Shown one piece after another: positions 21,301 to 31,054 of a stretch of DNA of 64,000 bases (position 1 is the first letter of the stretch; each line of letters opens with the position of its first letter). A program made the position numbers and the translations under genes. Source of the DNA: an uncultured delta proteobacterium (GTDB lineage Bacteria > Desulfobacterota > Desulfobacteria > Desulfobacterales > Desulfosalsimonadaceae). The stretch covers positions 192,001 through 256,000 of the forward strand of contig CAWGYD010000005.1 of assembly GCA_963826785.1 (NCBI GenBank), read 5' to 3'. Below the pieces are notes generated by a model that worked only from the letters and a program-made list of their open reading frames with translations, made no database searches and was not told where the DNA came from.

Positions 21301-21784
21301 CGGCGGGCATGAACACGGCCTGCGGTCCGGAACGGAAAACACCGTGGGCATCGCCGGGTTCGGAAAAGCCTGCGAACACCTCCCGTCCGTGCTGGACCGG
21401 ATGGATCAGGTCAGGGGGCTTCGGGACCGGCTGGAGGCGGTGATCGCAACTGCCGTTCCCGACTACCGGTTGAACGGGCCCCAAAACCATCGACTCCCCA
21501 ACACCCTCAATGTCACCCTGCCGGGATTTCGGGGGGAATCCCTGGTGGTGGCCCTGGCCCGCAAAGGCATCTATTTTTCATCCGGCTCCGCCTGCCATGC
21601 GGGGTCCTCCGATCCGTCCCATGCGCTTCTGGCCATGGGGTTGAGCGAAGCAGACGCCCACTGCGCCCTGCGGTTTTCTCTTTCTGTCGATACCCGCGCC
21701 GAAGACATCGATCAAGTCGGGGCGCTGCTGACCCAAACCTTAAACGAATCCAGGCAGCTGGTCCATTTCGTACCGTGCCGGTAA
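18389..21784 (+). CDS. Metallopterin oxidoreductase-cysteine desulfurase fusion (metallopterin-dependent ergothioneine synthase, MES-type)
   Basis: N-terminal CGICSAGC..C Fe-S motif and molybdopterin (DMSOR family) domains; C-terminal IYLDNNATT, SAHKLYGPKGVG and SSGSACHAGS; adjacent egtD. Confidence 0.88.
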   Translation: MSSQDAVYEKKGICGICSAGCWVVVKYDEQNRMVGVRPDDSSDMGILCRIGEKAPEIVYSPHRLKYPLKRKGEKGSYDFERISWNQAYETIVENLNRIKAESGPEATAIYTGVGTFELALCDVFQPKQVRVSSASSVLFPFGSPHTMGVGALCYVAYGMIAPHVTFGGMLVDMYNDIENSELIVVWGTNPATDLPPIDMKRILSAKGRGAEVVVIDPRRTETVGLTDALWLPIRPGTDGALALGLCNVLIEEELYDESFVENWTLGFDDFSSYVQHYRPEVVSRITGIDEQEIVSLARRLAAARGASQLMYTGLEYSNSGVQAIRAAFTLWALAGQLDVPGGRCFLMKDNVFPINRDGLVDSPEGVSHLGEDKFPVYVHYRDESHAIALPESVLNENPYKIRSLIIQGGSITTSWPNPDLWRRTLNGLDFLVCIDRQMTADAAYADIVLPACTYYETESYMTYGSVFKIREQMIEPVGEARSDFFIMAELARRLGYGHLYPQTPREMFDYVLKGSGFTIDEIRARGGMVSVDTSMMQYKKWEKGLLRKDGNPGFDTPSGKFEIASSILEEFGYDPLPVYTEPAEGPLSRPDLLDAFPLVFNSGGRMRTSFHTQHHGIKSLNKERPEPAVTISALDAQARGIADGDKVVISTPRGSLTMRAMVSENIAPGCIDANHACGSPVGPKAWQDTNINDLTDLDQYDPISGFPVYKCLLCDVEKASGSQDRLQMKALALGPEILRPKANRAPLREIYLDNNATTAISTEVREAMVAAMSVHGNPSSIHEAGTRARKIIDGARRKVAAALNCTSRRIIFTGCGSEANNMAIKGIVLSNGRSDRHVITSSIEHPSVLAACRWLEQRGVDVTYVPVDATGRIDPDDVKAAITPKTCLITIMAANNETGAIQPVKEIAEIAGEKGIAFHVDGIQAFGKIPVDVSEWGCGLLSMSAHKLYGPKGVGALYVGRDVALDALIHGGGHEHGLRSGTENTVGIAGFGKACEHLPSVLDRMDQVRGLRDRLEAVIATAVPDYRLNGPQNHRLPNTLNVTLPGFRGESLVVALARKGIYFSSGSACHAGSSDPSHALLAMGLSEADAHCALRFSLSVDTRAEDIDQVGALLTQTLNESRQLVHFVPCR

Positions 21785-21803
21785 TCGCCTGCAAGAGGTA
21801 TAT

Positions 21804-22796
21804 ATGAATGTAAACCCCAATTCCTTCAGCGTCGTCCAGCCCATCCCGGCCGAGAAATGCGATGATTTTGCAAAGGATGTCTTAATCGGGCTTTCCCGCC
21901 CCCAAAAGCGGATTCCCTGCAAGCACCTCTATGATGACACCGGATCGATGCTGTTTACCCGCATTACCGAACTTCCGGAATATTATCCCACCGCCTGCGA
22001 AATGGAGATCCTGTTGACCCATCGCAAGACGCTGGGTGAAATCATTCCGGAAAACAGGCTCAATATCGTCGAACTGGGAGCGGGTGACGGGCAGAAGACC
22101 CGGGTTCTGGTCGATTATTTCCTGGACCGGGACCGCAGCTTCCATTACGTCCCCATCGACATCTCCCAAAGCGCGGTGGAATGCCTGTCTTCCGATTTTC
22201 TGGCGGCTTTTCCGGACCTGTCCATCACCGGCATCGTGTCGGACTATTTCATCGGGCTGGACTGGCTGGCCGAACAGAATCACTGCACCAATGTCGTCCT
22301 GTTCCTGGGGTCCACCATCGGAAACCTGACCCCGGAGGAGCGGCAGATGTTTTTGTCCCGATTGCAGGCCTGTCTGAACCCGGGAGATTACGTCCTGATC
22401 GGGTATGACCTGAAAAAGGACGTGGACCTTGTCACCCGGGCGTACAATGATGCGGAAGGGGTGACCGCGCAGTTCAACCTGAACCTGCTTGCGCGGATGA
22501 ACGCGGAACTCGATGCCCGGTTCGACCTGGAGGCATTTGAATACCACAGCCGGTGGAACGAGAAAGCGGGCGCTATCCAGAGTTTCCTGGTCAGCCGGAT
22601 GGATCAGACCGTGCCGGTGGGCTCACTGGACCGCGAGTTTTCATTTACTTCAAATGAGCCGCTGCACACGGAATCCTCCTACAAATTCACCGTGGGCGGA
22701 ATCGAAGATGAGGTGCGGGCGCTTGGATTTGAAGTGGTGTCTCATTTTTTCGACCACCGCCGTTATTTCGCGGACAGTCTTTTGAGGATACATTGA
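21804..22796 (+). CDS. egtD: L-histidine N-alpha-trimethyltransferase
   Basis: KRIPCKHLYDDTGSMLF, LPEYYPT, VELGAGDGQKT, LFLGSTIGN, AYNDAEGVTAQFNLNLL, HTESSYKF. Confidence 0.92.
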   Translation: MNVNPNSFSVVQPIPAEKCDDFAKDVLIGLSRPQKRIPCKHLYDDTGSMLFTRITELPEYYPTACEMEILLTHRKTLGEIIPENRLNIVELGAGDGQKTRVLVDYFLDRDRSFHYVPIDISQSAVECLSSDFLAAFPDLSITGIVSDYFIGLDWLAEQNHCTNVVLFLGSTIGNLTPEERQMFLSRLQACLNPGDYVLIGYDLKKDVDLVTRAYNDAEGVTAQFNLNLLARMNAELDARFDLEAFEYHSRWNEKAGAIQSFLVSRMDQTVPVGSLDREFSFTSNEPLHTESSYKFTVGGIEDEVRALGFEVVSHFFDHRRYFADSLLRIH

Positions 22797-22872
22797 TCCG
22801 AAATGACGGGTAAGGAAATTGCAGGACTTTATCCGACTTATAAATGTGATGAAGCCGGATAACGGGATCACA

Positions 22873-23799
22873 TTATTTTGACAGAAACCGCCTGTAAACC
22901 ATTGCGGATTTTTCCGGGTATTCCATAATCGGCAGATGCCCGCATTGCTCGATCAATTCGACCTTAAGCCCGGGGTGATGCGATTTCAGGATTTCGGCAC
23001 CGCCGGGATTCAATATCCGGTCCTCTTTTCCCCAGATCACCAGCACCGGTCCAGGATATCGGCCGATCCGCTCTTCCAGTGAATAGCGGTGTGAGGTCAG
23101 GTCCCCCACTGCTTTTTTAAGGAAATCCCTGCTCGAAACAAATTTTTGCTGGTAGTAGATTCTCACCGGCCGGGGGAAGAACGGTTGATGAACAAAATTG
23201 AGATCCATGAGCCGCCGGAAATCAGCAGCGTTATTCACGATGAACGGATTTTCGCCCCTGTCGAACATTTTCATGAGTTCGGATGCCGGTGCGCTCAAAA
23301 CGCCTGCCGGGGCGACGAGCAGCAGGGACTCGACCCGGTCGGGATGCTGAGCCGCGTATTCACCGGCAATGGCGCCGCCCATGGAATGCCCGCCGAGGTG
23401 GAAAGATGAAATGCCCATGGATTTGATGAATACATCGAGCCGCCCGGCCTGGGAGACGATATCATAGGCGGCTTTCATGTCGCGGGTAGATTCGCCGAAT
23501 CCAGGCAGATCCGGTATGACCACCCGGTAATCATGCGTCAGGCGGCGGGCGAACCGGAGAAAATTGTCCTTGTCCCCCCCGAAGCCGTGAACCAATACGA
23601 TGACGGGGCCGTCGCCTCCCTCAAGGAATGCAAACCGGGTCCCGTTGACAGTGATGGCGTTTTCATGCAGGCCGGCCGCCAGGCGTTCCGCGTCAATCCC
23701 GGCCCGGGCCAGCCATGCCGGCGACGCATAGTACAGGCCGGCCAGGGCGATCAGCAATCCGGAAAATAGAAGGAAAAAGGCCTTTGATTTCTTTTTCAT
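22873..23799 (-). CDS. Alpha/beta hydrolase (lipase/esterase) with signal anchor
   Basis: VHGFGG, DLPGFG, GHSMGG nucleophile elbow, CGH. Confidence 0.9.
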   Translation of the reverse strand: MKKKSKAFFLLFSGLLIALAGLYYASPAWLARAGIDAERLAAGLHENAITVNGTRFAFLEGGDGPVIVLVHGFGGDKDNFLRFARRLTHDYRVVIPDLPGFGESTRDMKAAYDIVSQAGRLDVFIKSMGISSFHLGGHSMGGAIAGEYAAQHPDRVESLLLVAPAGVLSAPASELMKMFDRGENPFIVNNAADFRRLMDLNFVHQPFFPRPVRIYYQQKFVSSRDFLKKAVGDLTSHRYSLEERIGRYPGPVLVIWGKEDRILNPGGAEILKSHHPGLKVELIEQCGHLPIMEYPEKSAMVYRRFLSK

Positions 23800-24010
23800 G
23801 AAAACTCCTTTCGCAAATCCGTTGGCGTTGCATAGACATAAGAATATAGACCCGGCAGGTCAATATGTTTTTCCGAAGGATTTAAAGATTCTATGTATTT
23901 CAATCCGGATTCATCGGATTTTCGTTTGCATCAGGAGTTGAATCCCTCTAAAATAAAGATAAAAATTCAAACGCTGAGTTTAAAATGCATACCTGAACAC
24001 GGGACGGAGA

Positions 24011-25126
24011 ATGAAATTGCTGGATCGATGGATAAAAAGCGTATTTCTGATATCAATGTTCATGCTGCTGCCGGCATGCACCTATATGACCCATCCGGAT
24101 CAGGTGATCCATGATCCGGCAAGGGATCGGGACTGGGGGAAAGCCCAGCCCACCGCAAAGGATCGGGCGGCCCATGACATCGAGGGGGATCAACCCTTTG
24201 AGTGGTGGTACTTCGACGGGCATCTGGACAACGGACAGACCTTCGTGGGGGTGTTTCATCTGCCCAGCTTTGTCACCAACGAACCGGCCGTCACCTTTTC
24301 GCTCTATGATCCGGACTGGACCCGGCTGGATTTCAGTAAAAGCATCAGCAAAGAAGATTTCGAGGCATCCAAACAAGACATTCACATCGAAACACCGGCC
24401 GGATTCGTCCGCCGCCTCGATGACAAGACATACCATGTCCGCTGGATCATGGACGGATTGGATGCGGATTTTACCCTGACCACCTTGGCGCCGGGATGGC
24501 GGCCGATGGAAGAAAACGGGAAGGTCAATCAGCAGTCCCAGGAGTTTTTCTGGGTGGTGCACCAGGCGAGAAACCGGATCGAAGGGACGCTTACCGTAAA
24601 CGGACAGACCTCCCAGGTGACGGGAGAAGGGTATGCGGATCACAACTGGGGCCGGAAAAAATTGAACAAGATCACCCGCCGCTGGGTGTGGGGCCGGATT
24701 ATTGCCGGCGATTACACCATTATCTATGCCGATGTCGAATACCGCGATCCCAAGGTGGTCTCCCGGCCCCTGTATATCGCCAAAGGTGATAAAATGCTGG
24801 TGGGTTCCGGAAGCCCCGCCATCCGGCAATGGAAATTCAGGACCCATAAAGAGCTGAAACGGTACTATCCGAGGCGGCTTTCCATTGTTTACGAAGACGA
24901 GAACATCTCGGCGGACATCGAAATCGCCCGCAAAGAACTGGTGGAGGCGGTGAACCTGCTCAAAGCCGGCGGATATCCCGCCATCGTGCGCTGGCCCATC
25001 CAATGGTTTGTCGCCCGGCCGTCCTACTTCCGGGTGATCGGGGATTATGAAGGTGAAATCATGATCGATGGAAAAGTGGACAACATTTCAGGGCAATGCC
25101 TGTATGAAGTAATGGAATTTGATTGA
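24011..25126 (+). CDS. Lipocalin-like/AttH-CrtC-like lipoprotein
   Basis: Lipobox LPAC; FEWWYFDG and GYADHNWG motifs. Confidence 0.75.
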   Translation: MKLLDRWIKSVFLISMFMLLPACTYMTHPDQVIHDPARDRDWGKAQPTAKDRAAHDIEGDQPFEWWYFDGHLDNGQTFVGVFHLPSFVTNEPAVTFSLYDPDWTRLDFSKSISKEDFEASKQDIHIETPAGFVRRLDDKTYHVRWIMDGLDADFTLTTLAPGWRPMEENGKVNQQSQEFFWVVHQARNRIEGTLTVNGQTSQVTGEGYADHNWGRKKLNKITRRWVWGRIIAGDYTIIYADVEYRDPKVVSRPLYIAKGDKMLVGSGSPAIRQWKFRTHKELKRYYPRRLSIVYEDENISADIEIARKELVEAVNLLKAGGYPAIVRWPIQWFVARPSYFRVIGDYEGEIMIDGKVDNISGQCLYEVMEFD

Positions 25127-25144
25127 AAAGCTTTGCCCCGCATC

Positions 25145-26443
25145 TCATCTCTCCGGTGCGGCCAGGGTAAACAGCATCCCTGCCGCGGCCAGGTCCAGGA
25201 AGATAAACACCATATACGCCATGTCGTAATTTCCCAGGCGGTCATAGCTGGTTCCGGCAATGATGTATCCCGCCATCTGGAGCACCAGGAATAAGGAAGA
25301 AAGACGAAACACGGCCGGAAACCCGTGCCGGCCGAACAAAGAGGCCACCATGACCGGGTAGACCGCCATGATGCCGCCCATGGCAAATCCGTAGACGAAA
25401 ATAAATGCCGACAGTGCCGCCATGGAGTTTTTGATCAGCACCAGTGAGAGGCCCAGCGCATTGGCAAACGCCATGATCGTGACCACACGCCGGGGATCAA
25501 ACCGGTCGCAGAGCAGCCCCCATGTGAACTTGCCGGCCGTCCCGATCAGCGCCGTCAAAGCCATCAGACCCATGGCGGACATATGCGAAAACCCCATATC
25601 GGAAAACCGGGGTTTGAGCTGGGACATCACCCCCACCGTACCGATCATGAGCATGCCGAAAGATAAGCCGAGTTTCCAGAATGCGCCGGACCGGACCAGG
25701 CTTGCTACCCGCCATTGGGAGCTATACGCTTTTGTCCCGGCAGGACTTGGCGGCAGGGCGGTTTTCGGCGGGATGAACAGAGGAGACGCATCGAAATCCC
25801 CGTCAGGCGCAAGCCCCATCTCCTCGGGCCAGTTCCGGATGACCATCCAGGCCAGCGGCCCGACACACATGATCAAAAACCCCAGGCAGAGTGCGGTCCG
25901 GTTCAAGCCGTACGAAAGGATCATGGCCATGGCGGCCATGGGGAGGATGGCCCCTGAAAAGGAAATGCCGGCCGTGGCGAGCCCCAGGGCCGTGCCCCGT
26001 TTGCGGATAAACCAGTTGTTCACCGCCGTACTGGCCACGATCCCGCCATAGGCGCCGTTTCCCATGTACATCAGGGCATAGCAGGCGTAAAACTGCCAGA
26101 GGTGCTCCACCCGCACCATCAGCATGAACCCGATGCCGCTGGCAAAAGAACCGGCGAGCATCAGGACCCTCACCCCGGTTTTCATCAGCAGGGTGCCGTA
26201 GAAGAACTGGCAGATGAAACTAAACAGTGTGCCGATGACCAGGGCCAGGTTCAGGTCGGTGCGGGACCATCCCCGCAGGCTGCAGATCGGCTCCAGCAGG
26301 GCGTTAAACGCATAGAACCCGGTACCGCCGGCCATGAAATAGGCAAAAAAGGCCACCCCCACGATCTTCCACCCGTAAAAAAATGCGGGCCGCGTAGGCG
26401 GTTGTCCAAAAAGCCCGGCCTTTTGCGGATCGGGGTTATTCAT
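25145..26443 (-). CDS. MFS transporter (OFA/MCT-like)
   Basis: FFYGWKIV, NNWFIRKRGTALG, multiple hydrophobic segments; start codon uncertain (26443 or 26485). Confidence 0.88.
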   Translation of the reverse strand: MNNPDPQKAGLFGQPPTRPAFFYGWKIVGVAFFAYFMAGGTGFYAFNALLEPICSLRGWSRTDLNLALVIGTLFSFICQFFYGTLLMKTGVRVLMLAGSFASGIGFMLMVRVEHLWQFYACYALMYMGNGAYGGIVASTAVNNWFIRKRGTALGLATAGISFSGAILPMAAMAMILSYGLNRTALCLGFLIMCVGPLAWMVIRNWPEEMGLAPDGDFDASPLFIPPKTALPPSPAGTKAYSSQWRVASLVRSGAFWKLGLSFGMLMIGTVGVMSQLKPRFSDMGFSHMSAMGLMALTALIGTAGKFTWGLLCDRFDPRRVVTIMAFANALGLSLVLIKNSMAALSAFIFVYGFAMGGIMAVYPVMVASLFGRHGFPAVFRLSSLFLVLQMAGYIIAGTSYDRLGNYDMAYMVFIFLDLAAAGMLFTLAAPER

Positions 26444-26592
26444 GATCAAGGCCGGCGCTGCAGATTTCGGATGCAGCCCCGCCACAGGCAGAATTTATCC
26501 TTGATCGGTTAATTTTCATGTCCCCTCCCGGCAAAGTCCGCGCATCATTGATTGAATAGGCCCATTTATATCCTTGGCGGCAAATCCCATCA

Positions 26593-26656
26593 ATCCTTTT
26601 TTCTTCGGATCCTTTTTCTTCGGATCTTTTTTTCTTCGGATCTTTCGATTCGGATT
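26593..26656. repeat. Short tandem repeat, about 4 copies of TC(C)T5-7CTTCGGA
   Basis: tccttttttcttcgga tcctttttcttcgga tctttttttcttcgga tctttcgattcgga. Confidence 0.75.
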
Positions 26657-26721
26657 TCATACCTGTTGAACGGCAGCACTGATCTTGTTATGCTCCTTAA
26701 AACCATTTTAAAAGGAATAAG

Positions 26722-27120
26722 ATGAATATGAGAAAGCTGGCCGTCTTTTTTTCCGCAGGCGCTCTGGGCGGGCTGATCAACAGCCTGATGGTGTGGGGAT
26801 TCGGCATTGAGAAGATCACCCGGCATTTCGGCGTGATGATCGCGCCGCACCTGAGTCCGGCATGGCTGTACCCGCGAATCGTCTGGGGCGGCATCTGGGG
26901 TTTTGTGTTTATCCTTCCGTTTTATGCATCCAAACCGTTTCGGAAAGGATTGATCCTCAGCCTGTTTCCCACCCTGGTGCAGCTGCTGGTGGTTTTTCCC
27001 TTCCAGGCGCACAAGGGATACCTGGGCCTCGAACTGGGGATGCTCACCCCGGTGTTTGTTCTCCTGTTCAACGCCGCCTGGGGGATTACGGCGGCCTTTG
27101 TGATCCGGTATGCCCGGTAA
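26722..27120 (+). CDS. Small hypothetical membrane protein
   Basis: 132 aa, about four hydrophobic segments, WLYPRIVWGGIWG, RBS AAGGA. Confidence 0.75.
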   Translation: MNMRKLAVFFSAGALGGLINSLMVWGFGIEKITRHFGVMIAPHLSPAWLYPRIVWGGIWGFVFILPFYASKPFRKGLILSLFPTLVQLLVVFPFQAHKGYLGLELGMLTPVFVLLFNAAWGITAAFVIRYAR

Positions 27121-28693
27121 ATGCCGGATTGCGGAAATCAACGCCGCCGTGGTGGTACCGCCGGTCTTTGATTTTTACGCCACCCGGCACCGGTTTTCCG
27201 CACTGGGCGCCCACATTGTCGGTAAAATCCTTAAGGAAAACGGCTGCACAACAACGCTGTTCAATTTCCCCGCATCGGTCCGCAAGGGGGCGGGTGCGCC
27301 CCTTCCCCCTGAATTTGCGTATCTAAAACCCTTTCTCGTCAAAAACGAAACCGGGAAGCTCTCGTTTTTCACCCGGTATCAGCGATTCGGCCCGGGCATA
27401 GAGGAATGCGCCCGGCAGGTGCTGGCCATTACGCCGAACCTGGTTCTGATCTCCTGCTTTGCGTTTGCCTATGCCGGCGCCGCGCTGGAACTGGCGGCAG
27501 CCCTGCGCAGGGCAGCGCCTGATCTTGCCATTGCCGTGGGGGGCGCCGGGGTAAGCTGTCATCCGCAGTATTTCATCCGCAGGGATTGTATTGATTTTGC
27601 CTTCACGGGGGAGGCCGAGGTGTCCCTTCCCGCATTTATCTTCGCCCTACGGAAAGGAGAGGGCGAGTTTTTGGAGGTGCCCAACCTTTTTTATAAGAAA
27701 GACGGCCGCGTCTTATCGCCGGATTCAATCCGCCGCACGGCCCCCGAAGAAGTGGACTGGGTGGTCCGGAAAACAGGGGAAACCCGGGAGACCATCCATC
27801 TCACCACCGCGCTGAGCCGCGGGTGCATCAAGAAATGCCGCTTCTGTTCCAATTTTTTGAGCCAGGGCCGAACCTTCCGCAAGGTTCCCTTAAACAGGAT
27901 CAGAAGCGTGATGGAGGATCTCACCGCAACATATCCCCCATCCGGCAAAAAGCTCTGCATCAATTTCGAAGATGACAATCTGCTGCTCGATCCCGATTAT
28001 TTCTTTTCGGTCATGGAGGCCATAAAAACTCGGTTTCCCCAAGCGGTCTTTTGTGCGGAAAATGGAATCGATCATACCTTTTTGACAGAAAAACGGCTGC
28101 AACGGCTGATGGACATGGGCTTTGCCCAGTTCAACCTCTCCATCGCCTCCGCCCGGCCGGATATCTTGAAAGACGAGGCCCGCCCCATCCGCCCGAAGAT
28201 TTATGAAGCCGCCGTGCAGGCCATCCATTTACGGCATATCCCCTGCATCACCTACTTCATCTGCGGGTTTGCCAAAGATACGCCCGAAACCATCGTCTCT
28301 GCCATATCCCGCCTGGCCGGCCTGCCTACCCTGCTGGGGATTTCCCTGTTCTACCCGGTCCCCGGTCTGCCGGATTATGAAGACATGTCGGTGTTCGATT
28401 CGGTTTTGCCGCAGATGTGCGCGGGGTCGGCGGCGTTTCCCTGGAACCGGTCGCTGACCACCGGCCAGCTGATCACGGCCTTTCGGCTCACCCGCCTGGT
28501 CAACCTGCTCAAATCGAAAACCCCTTCCGAAACCGATCGCGCCCTTCTCCGGAAAATCCGATCCACCCGCAGGCTCTACACCCTGGTAAGGGAAAATAAG
28601 GTCGAATCCATCATCCCCGTGCCGGCAGCCGACGAACAGATGGTGTCCATGTTTTTTGACAGGGTGGATCTCGATGCCGTGGCCCCCTTGTGA
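27110..28693 (+). CDS. B12-binding-domain radical SAM protein
   Basis: SRGCIKKCRFC (CxxxCxxC), VGGAG..GEAE, FEDDN. Confidence 0.85.
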   Translation: MPGKCRIAEINAAVVVPPVFDFYATRHRFSALGAHIVGKILKENGCTTTLFNFPASVRKGAGAPLPPEFAYLKPFLVKNETGKLSFFTRYQRFGPGIEECARQVLAITPNLVLISCFAFAYAGAALELAAALRRAAPDLAIAVGGAGVSCHPQYFIRRDCIDFAFTGEAEVSLPAFIFALRKGEGEFLEVPNLFYKKDGRVLSPDSIRRTAPEEVDWVVRKTGETRETIHLTTALSRGCIKKCRFCSNFLSQGRTFRKVPLNRIRSVMEDLTATYPPSGKKLCINFEDDNLLLDPDYFFSVMEAIKTRFPQAVFCAENGIDHTFLTEKRLQRLMDMGFAQFNLSIASARPDILKDEARPIRPKIYEAAVQAIHLRHIPCITYFICGFAKDTPETIVSAISRLAGLPTLLGISLFYPVPGLPDYEDMSVFDSVLPQMCAGSAAFPWNRSLTTGQLITAFRLTRLVNLLKSKTPSETDRALLRKIRSTRRLYTLVRENKVESIIPVPAADEQMVSMFFDRVDLDAVAPL

Positions 28694-30058
28694 TCACACC
28701 AGCTTTGGAAGCATCATGGTGGCGAAACTCAGCATGAGCAGAAATCCGCACATATCCGTGATCGTGGTCAGGATGGGCCCGGATGCCAGCGCCGGATCCG
28801 ATTTCATCCACTTTAACAAAAGGGGCACGCATCCCCCGATGGATACCGCCACCACCGTGTTGATGGCCATGGCACCGGCCACCACCATGCCCAGGTAAAT
28901 GTTGCCTTTCCATAAATAGGCGCCCATCCCCAGCAGCAGCCCCAGGACAATGCCGTTGATCACGCCCACCGATATTTCCTTGAACCAGACCCGAAAGACT
29001 TCATACGGCTTGATGAACCCCAGGCTCAGTTCCCGGATGGAAACCGCCACCGCCTGGTTGCCGGAGCATCCGCTCATGTCCGATATAATGGGCAGAAACA
29101 CGGCCAGGGCGATCACAGCGGACAAAGTCTCCTGGTAGGCGGCAATCACGCTGGCCGCAATCATGTTTAAAACGATGTTGATGCTCAGCCAGGACAGCCT
29201 CCTGGAAGAACGCCGCCAGACCGGCATGGAGCGAAGCTCTTCACCGCCGACGATACCCTGGGATTTGAGGTAATGGCTGTCGGACCTGTCGATCAGCGCG
29301 TCATCCACATCCTCCCTGCGCACGACGCCGATGAGGTGGCCATTCCCATCCGTAACGGGAACGCCCATGAGCTCGTGTTCGTCAAAAAAGAGCCCCAGTT
29401 CCGTCAGCGGGGTATCATCTTGGATAAAGAGGGGATCGCGAATCATGATATCCCCGATTCTTCGCTTGTACGGGGACAGAAGCAGGTCCCGCAGCCGCAG
29501 CACGCCGGTAAGGACCTTCTCCTCGGTGACAATGTACGTATACTGAACGTTATAATCCGAGTAGACTTCCGCATGCTCCCGAAAGTCCCGAATCACGTCA
29601 TCCACAAAAGACTTCTCATACACGCAGAGGAATTCGGTGATCATCAGCCCGCCGGCCACACCGGGGGGATACCCCGCCAGCAGCCGCGCATCCGCGGATG
29701 CCGAGGGCTCCATTTCCCCCAGTATGGCTTCAGCCTCCTCGTCATCGAGTTTGGCAATCAGGTCCGCCCGGTCGTTGCTCTGCATCTGATTAAGCACCTG
29801 GGCCGCATCCGATGCCGGAACCTGCCTGAGCAGGTCCAGGGCCATTGCCTCGGGTATTTGCTCCATCAGTTCGGCGGCATCTTTCTCATCCAGAATCCGG
29901 ATAAACGCCTTTTGATCTTCAACCGATAACCGCGACAGGGCGCGTGCGATTTCACCCGGCGGCAGTTCATCCAGACAGTTCGTCAGTTCCGCAACATCGC
30001 CGCGTTCAAGAAGATCCTCGAGCTGTTCCCAAGGCCGGGTTTCCATTTCTTCAGGCAT
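28694..30058 (-). CDS. mgtE: Magnesium transporter MgtE
   Basis: MgtE_N, CBS pair, RLSWL, PIISDMSGCSGNQ, DPALASGPILTTITD. Confidence 0.95.
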   Translation of the reverse strand: MPEEMETRPWEQLEDLLERGDVAELTNCLDELPPGEIARALSRLSVEDQKAFIRILDEKDAAELMEQIPEAMALDLLRQVPASDAAQVLNQMQSNDRADLIAKLDDEEAEAILGEMEPSASADARLLAGYPPGVAGGLMITEFLCVYEKSFVDDVIRDFREHAEVYSDYNVQYTYIVTEEKVLTGVLRLRDLLLSPYKRRIGDIMIRDPLFIQDDTPLTELGLFFDEHELMGVPVTDGNGHLIGVVRREDVDDALIDRSDSHYLKSQGIVGGEELRSMPVWRRSSRRLSWLSINIVLNMIAASVIAAYQETLSAVIALAVFLPIISDMSGCSGNQAVAVSIRELSLGFIKPYEVFRVWFKEISVGVINGIVLGLLLGMGAYLWKGNIYLGMVVAGAMAINTVVAVSIGGCVPLLLKWMKSDPALASGPILTTITDMCGFLLMLSFATMMLPKLV

Positions 30059-30365
30059 GTAATATTCCTCTGCGTTAAGCGCGGAGCGCTGTTTTTAATC
30101 GCGTCCGGCAGGTATGAACCGAATTACATAAGCATAATCATAATCCATTTCTCCACATATGACATTCTCCCCTGTTTTCTTCGGGGTTCAATATATTCCA
30201 ACATTTTCCTCCTGTTTTCAACTGGGTGCAGCTGTTTACAACAATACCTTCGTGATTATTTTTGAGGGTGCCGGTTGGCCGGGTAAATTTTAGCAATGGG
30301 AAACCGACAGGGGATCAAAGGGCCGAGATGGTGGCTGTTCAGCATTCAGGAGCCGGGAGAAAGAG

Positions 30366-31034
30366 ATGGATGAAAAAAATAGCGGCAGGTCGGTGCCCAC
30401 GCGGGGTCGAACACTGGATCATGCCGCTTCCGTTTATGATTATTTGGAACCCATATTGATGCTGGGAAAAGAGGGCCGGTATGATCAGCAGATTATTTCG
30501 CTCCTCGACATCCAGCCCGGGCATCGGGTTTTGGACCTGGGGTGCGGCACCGGGGTTTTGACCCGGGCCATCGGAGATCGGCTGGATGACCAAAAGGGCG
30601 GGATTGCCGTAGGGATCGATGCGGCGGCGAAAATGATCGATGTCGCCCGCAAAAAACGGGGGACCGATACCTGCCGGTTCGAAGTGGCGGCAGCCGAACA
30701 GCTGCCGTTTGAAGACGCATCGTTTGATGCCGTCGTTTCCAGCCTCTTTTTCCACCACGTTCCCATCGATCTGAAGGAAAAAAGCCTCCGGGAAGCCGCG
30801 CGCGTGCTCAGGCCGGGCGGAATCCTGGTGATTGCGGATATGCACAGGCCCTCAACGCCCTTTGGCTTCCTGGTTTCCCATGCGTCCCGCTGGCTGCTGA
30901 TGCAGCCCCAGATCGGTGAAAACACCCGGGGCGTTCTTCCCGGCCTGATCGAAAGTGCCGGATTTCATCTTCCCCGCCTGATTGAAACCTACTTCGGTTA
31001 TATCGCCGTATTTTACAGCCGCAAGTCGAATTAA
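30366..31034 (+). CDS. Class I SAM-dependent methyltransferase (UbiE-like)
   Basis: VLDLGCGTG, LPFEDASFDAV, RVLRPGG. Confidence 0.9.
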   Translation: MDEKNSGRSVPTRGRTLDHAASVYDYLEPILMLGKEGRYDQQIISLLDIQPGHRVLDLGCGTGVLTRAIGDRLDDQKGGIAVGIDAAAKMIDVARKKRGTDTCRFEVAAAEQLPFEDASFDAVVSSLFFHHVPIDLKEKSLREAARVLRPGGILVIADMHRPSTPFGFLVSHASRWLLMQPQIGENTRGVLPGLIESAGFHLPRLIETYFGYIAVFYSRKSN

Positions 31035-31054
31035 ATCCACAAGCTGGTTTACAA

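Noticed and set aside
30060..30365. Possible riboswitch between mgtE and the methyltransferase
   Set aside because: No recognisable M-box, fluoride or c-di-GMP consensus; an Rfam scan would be needed.
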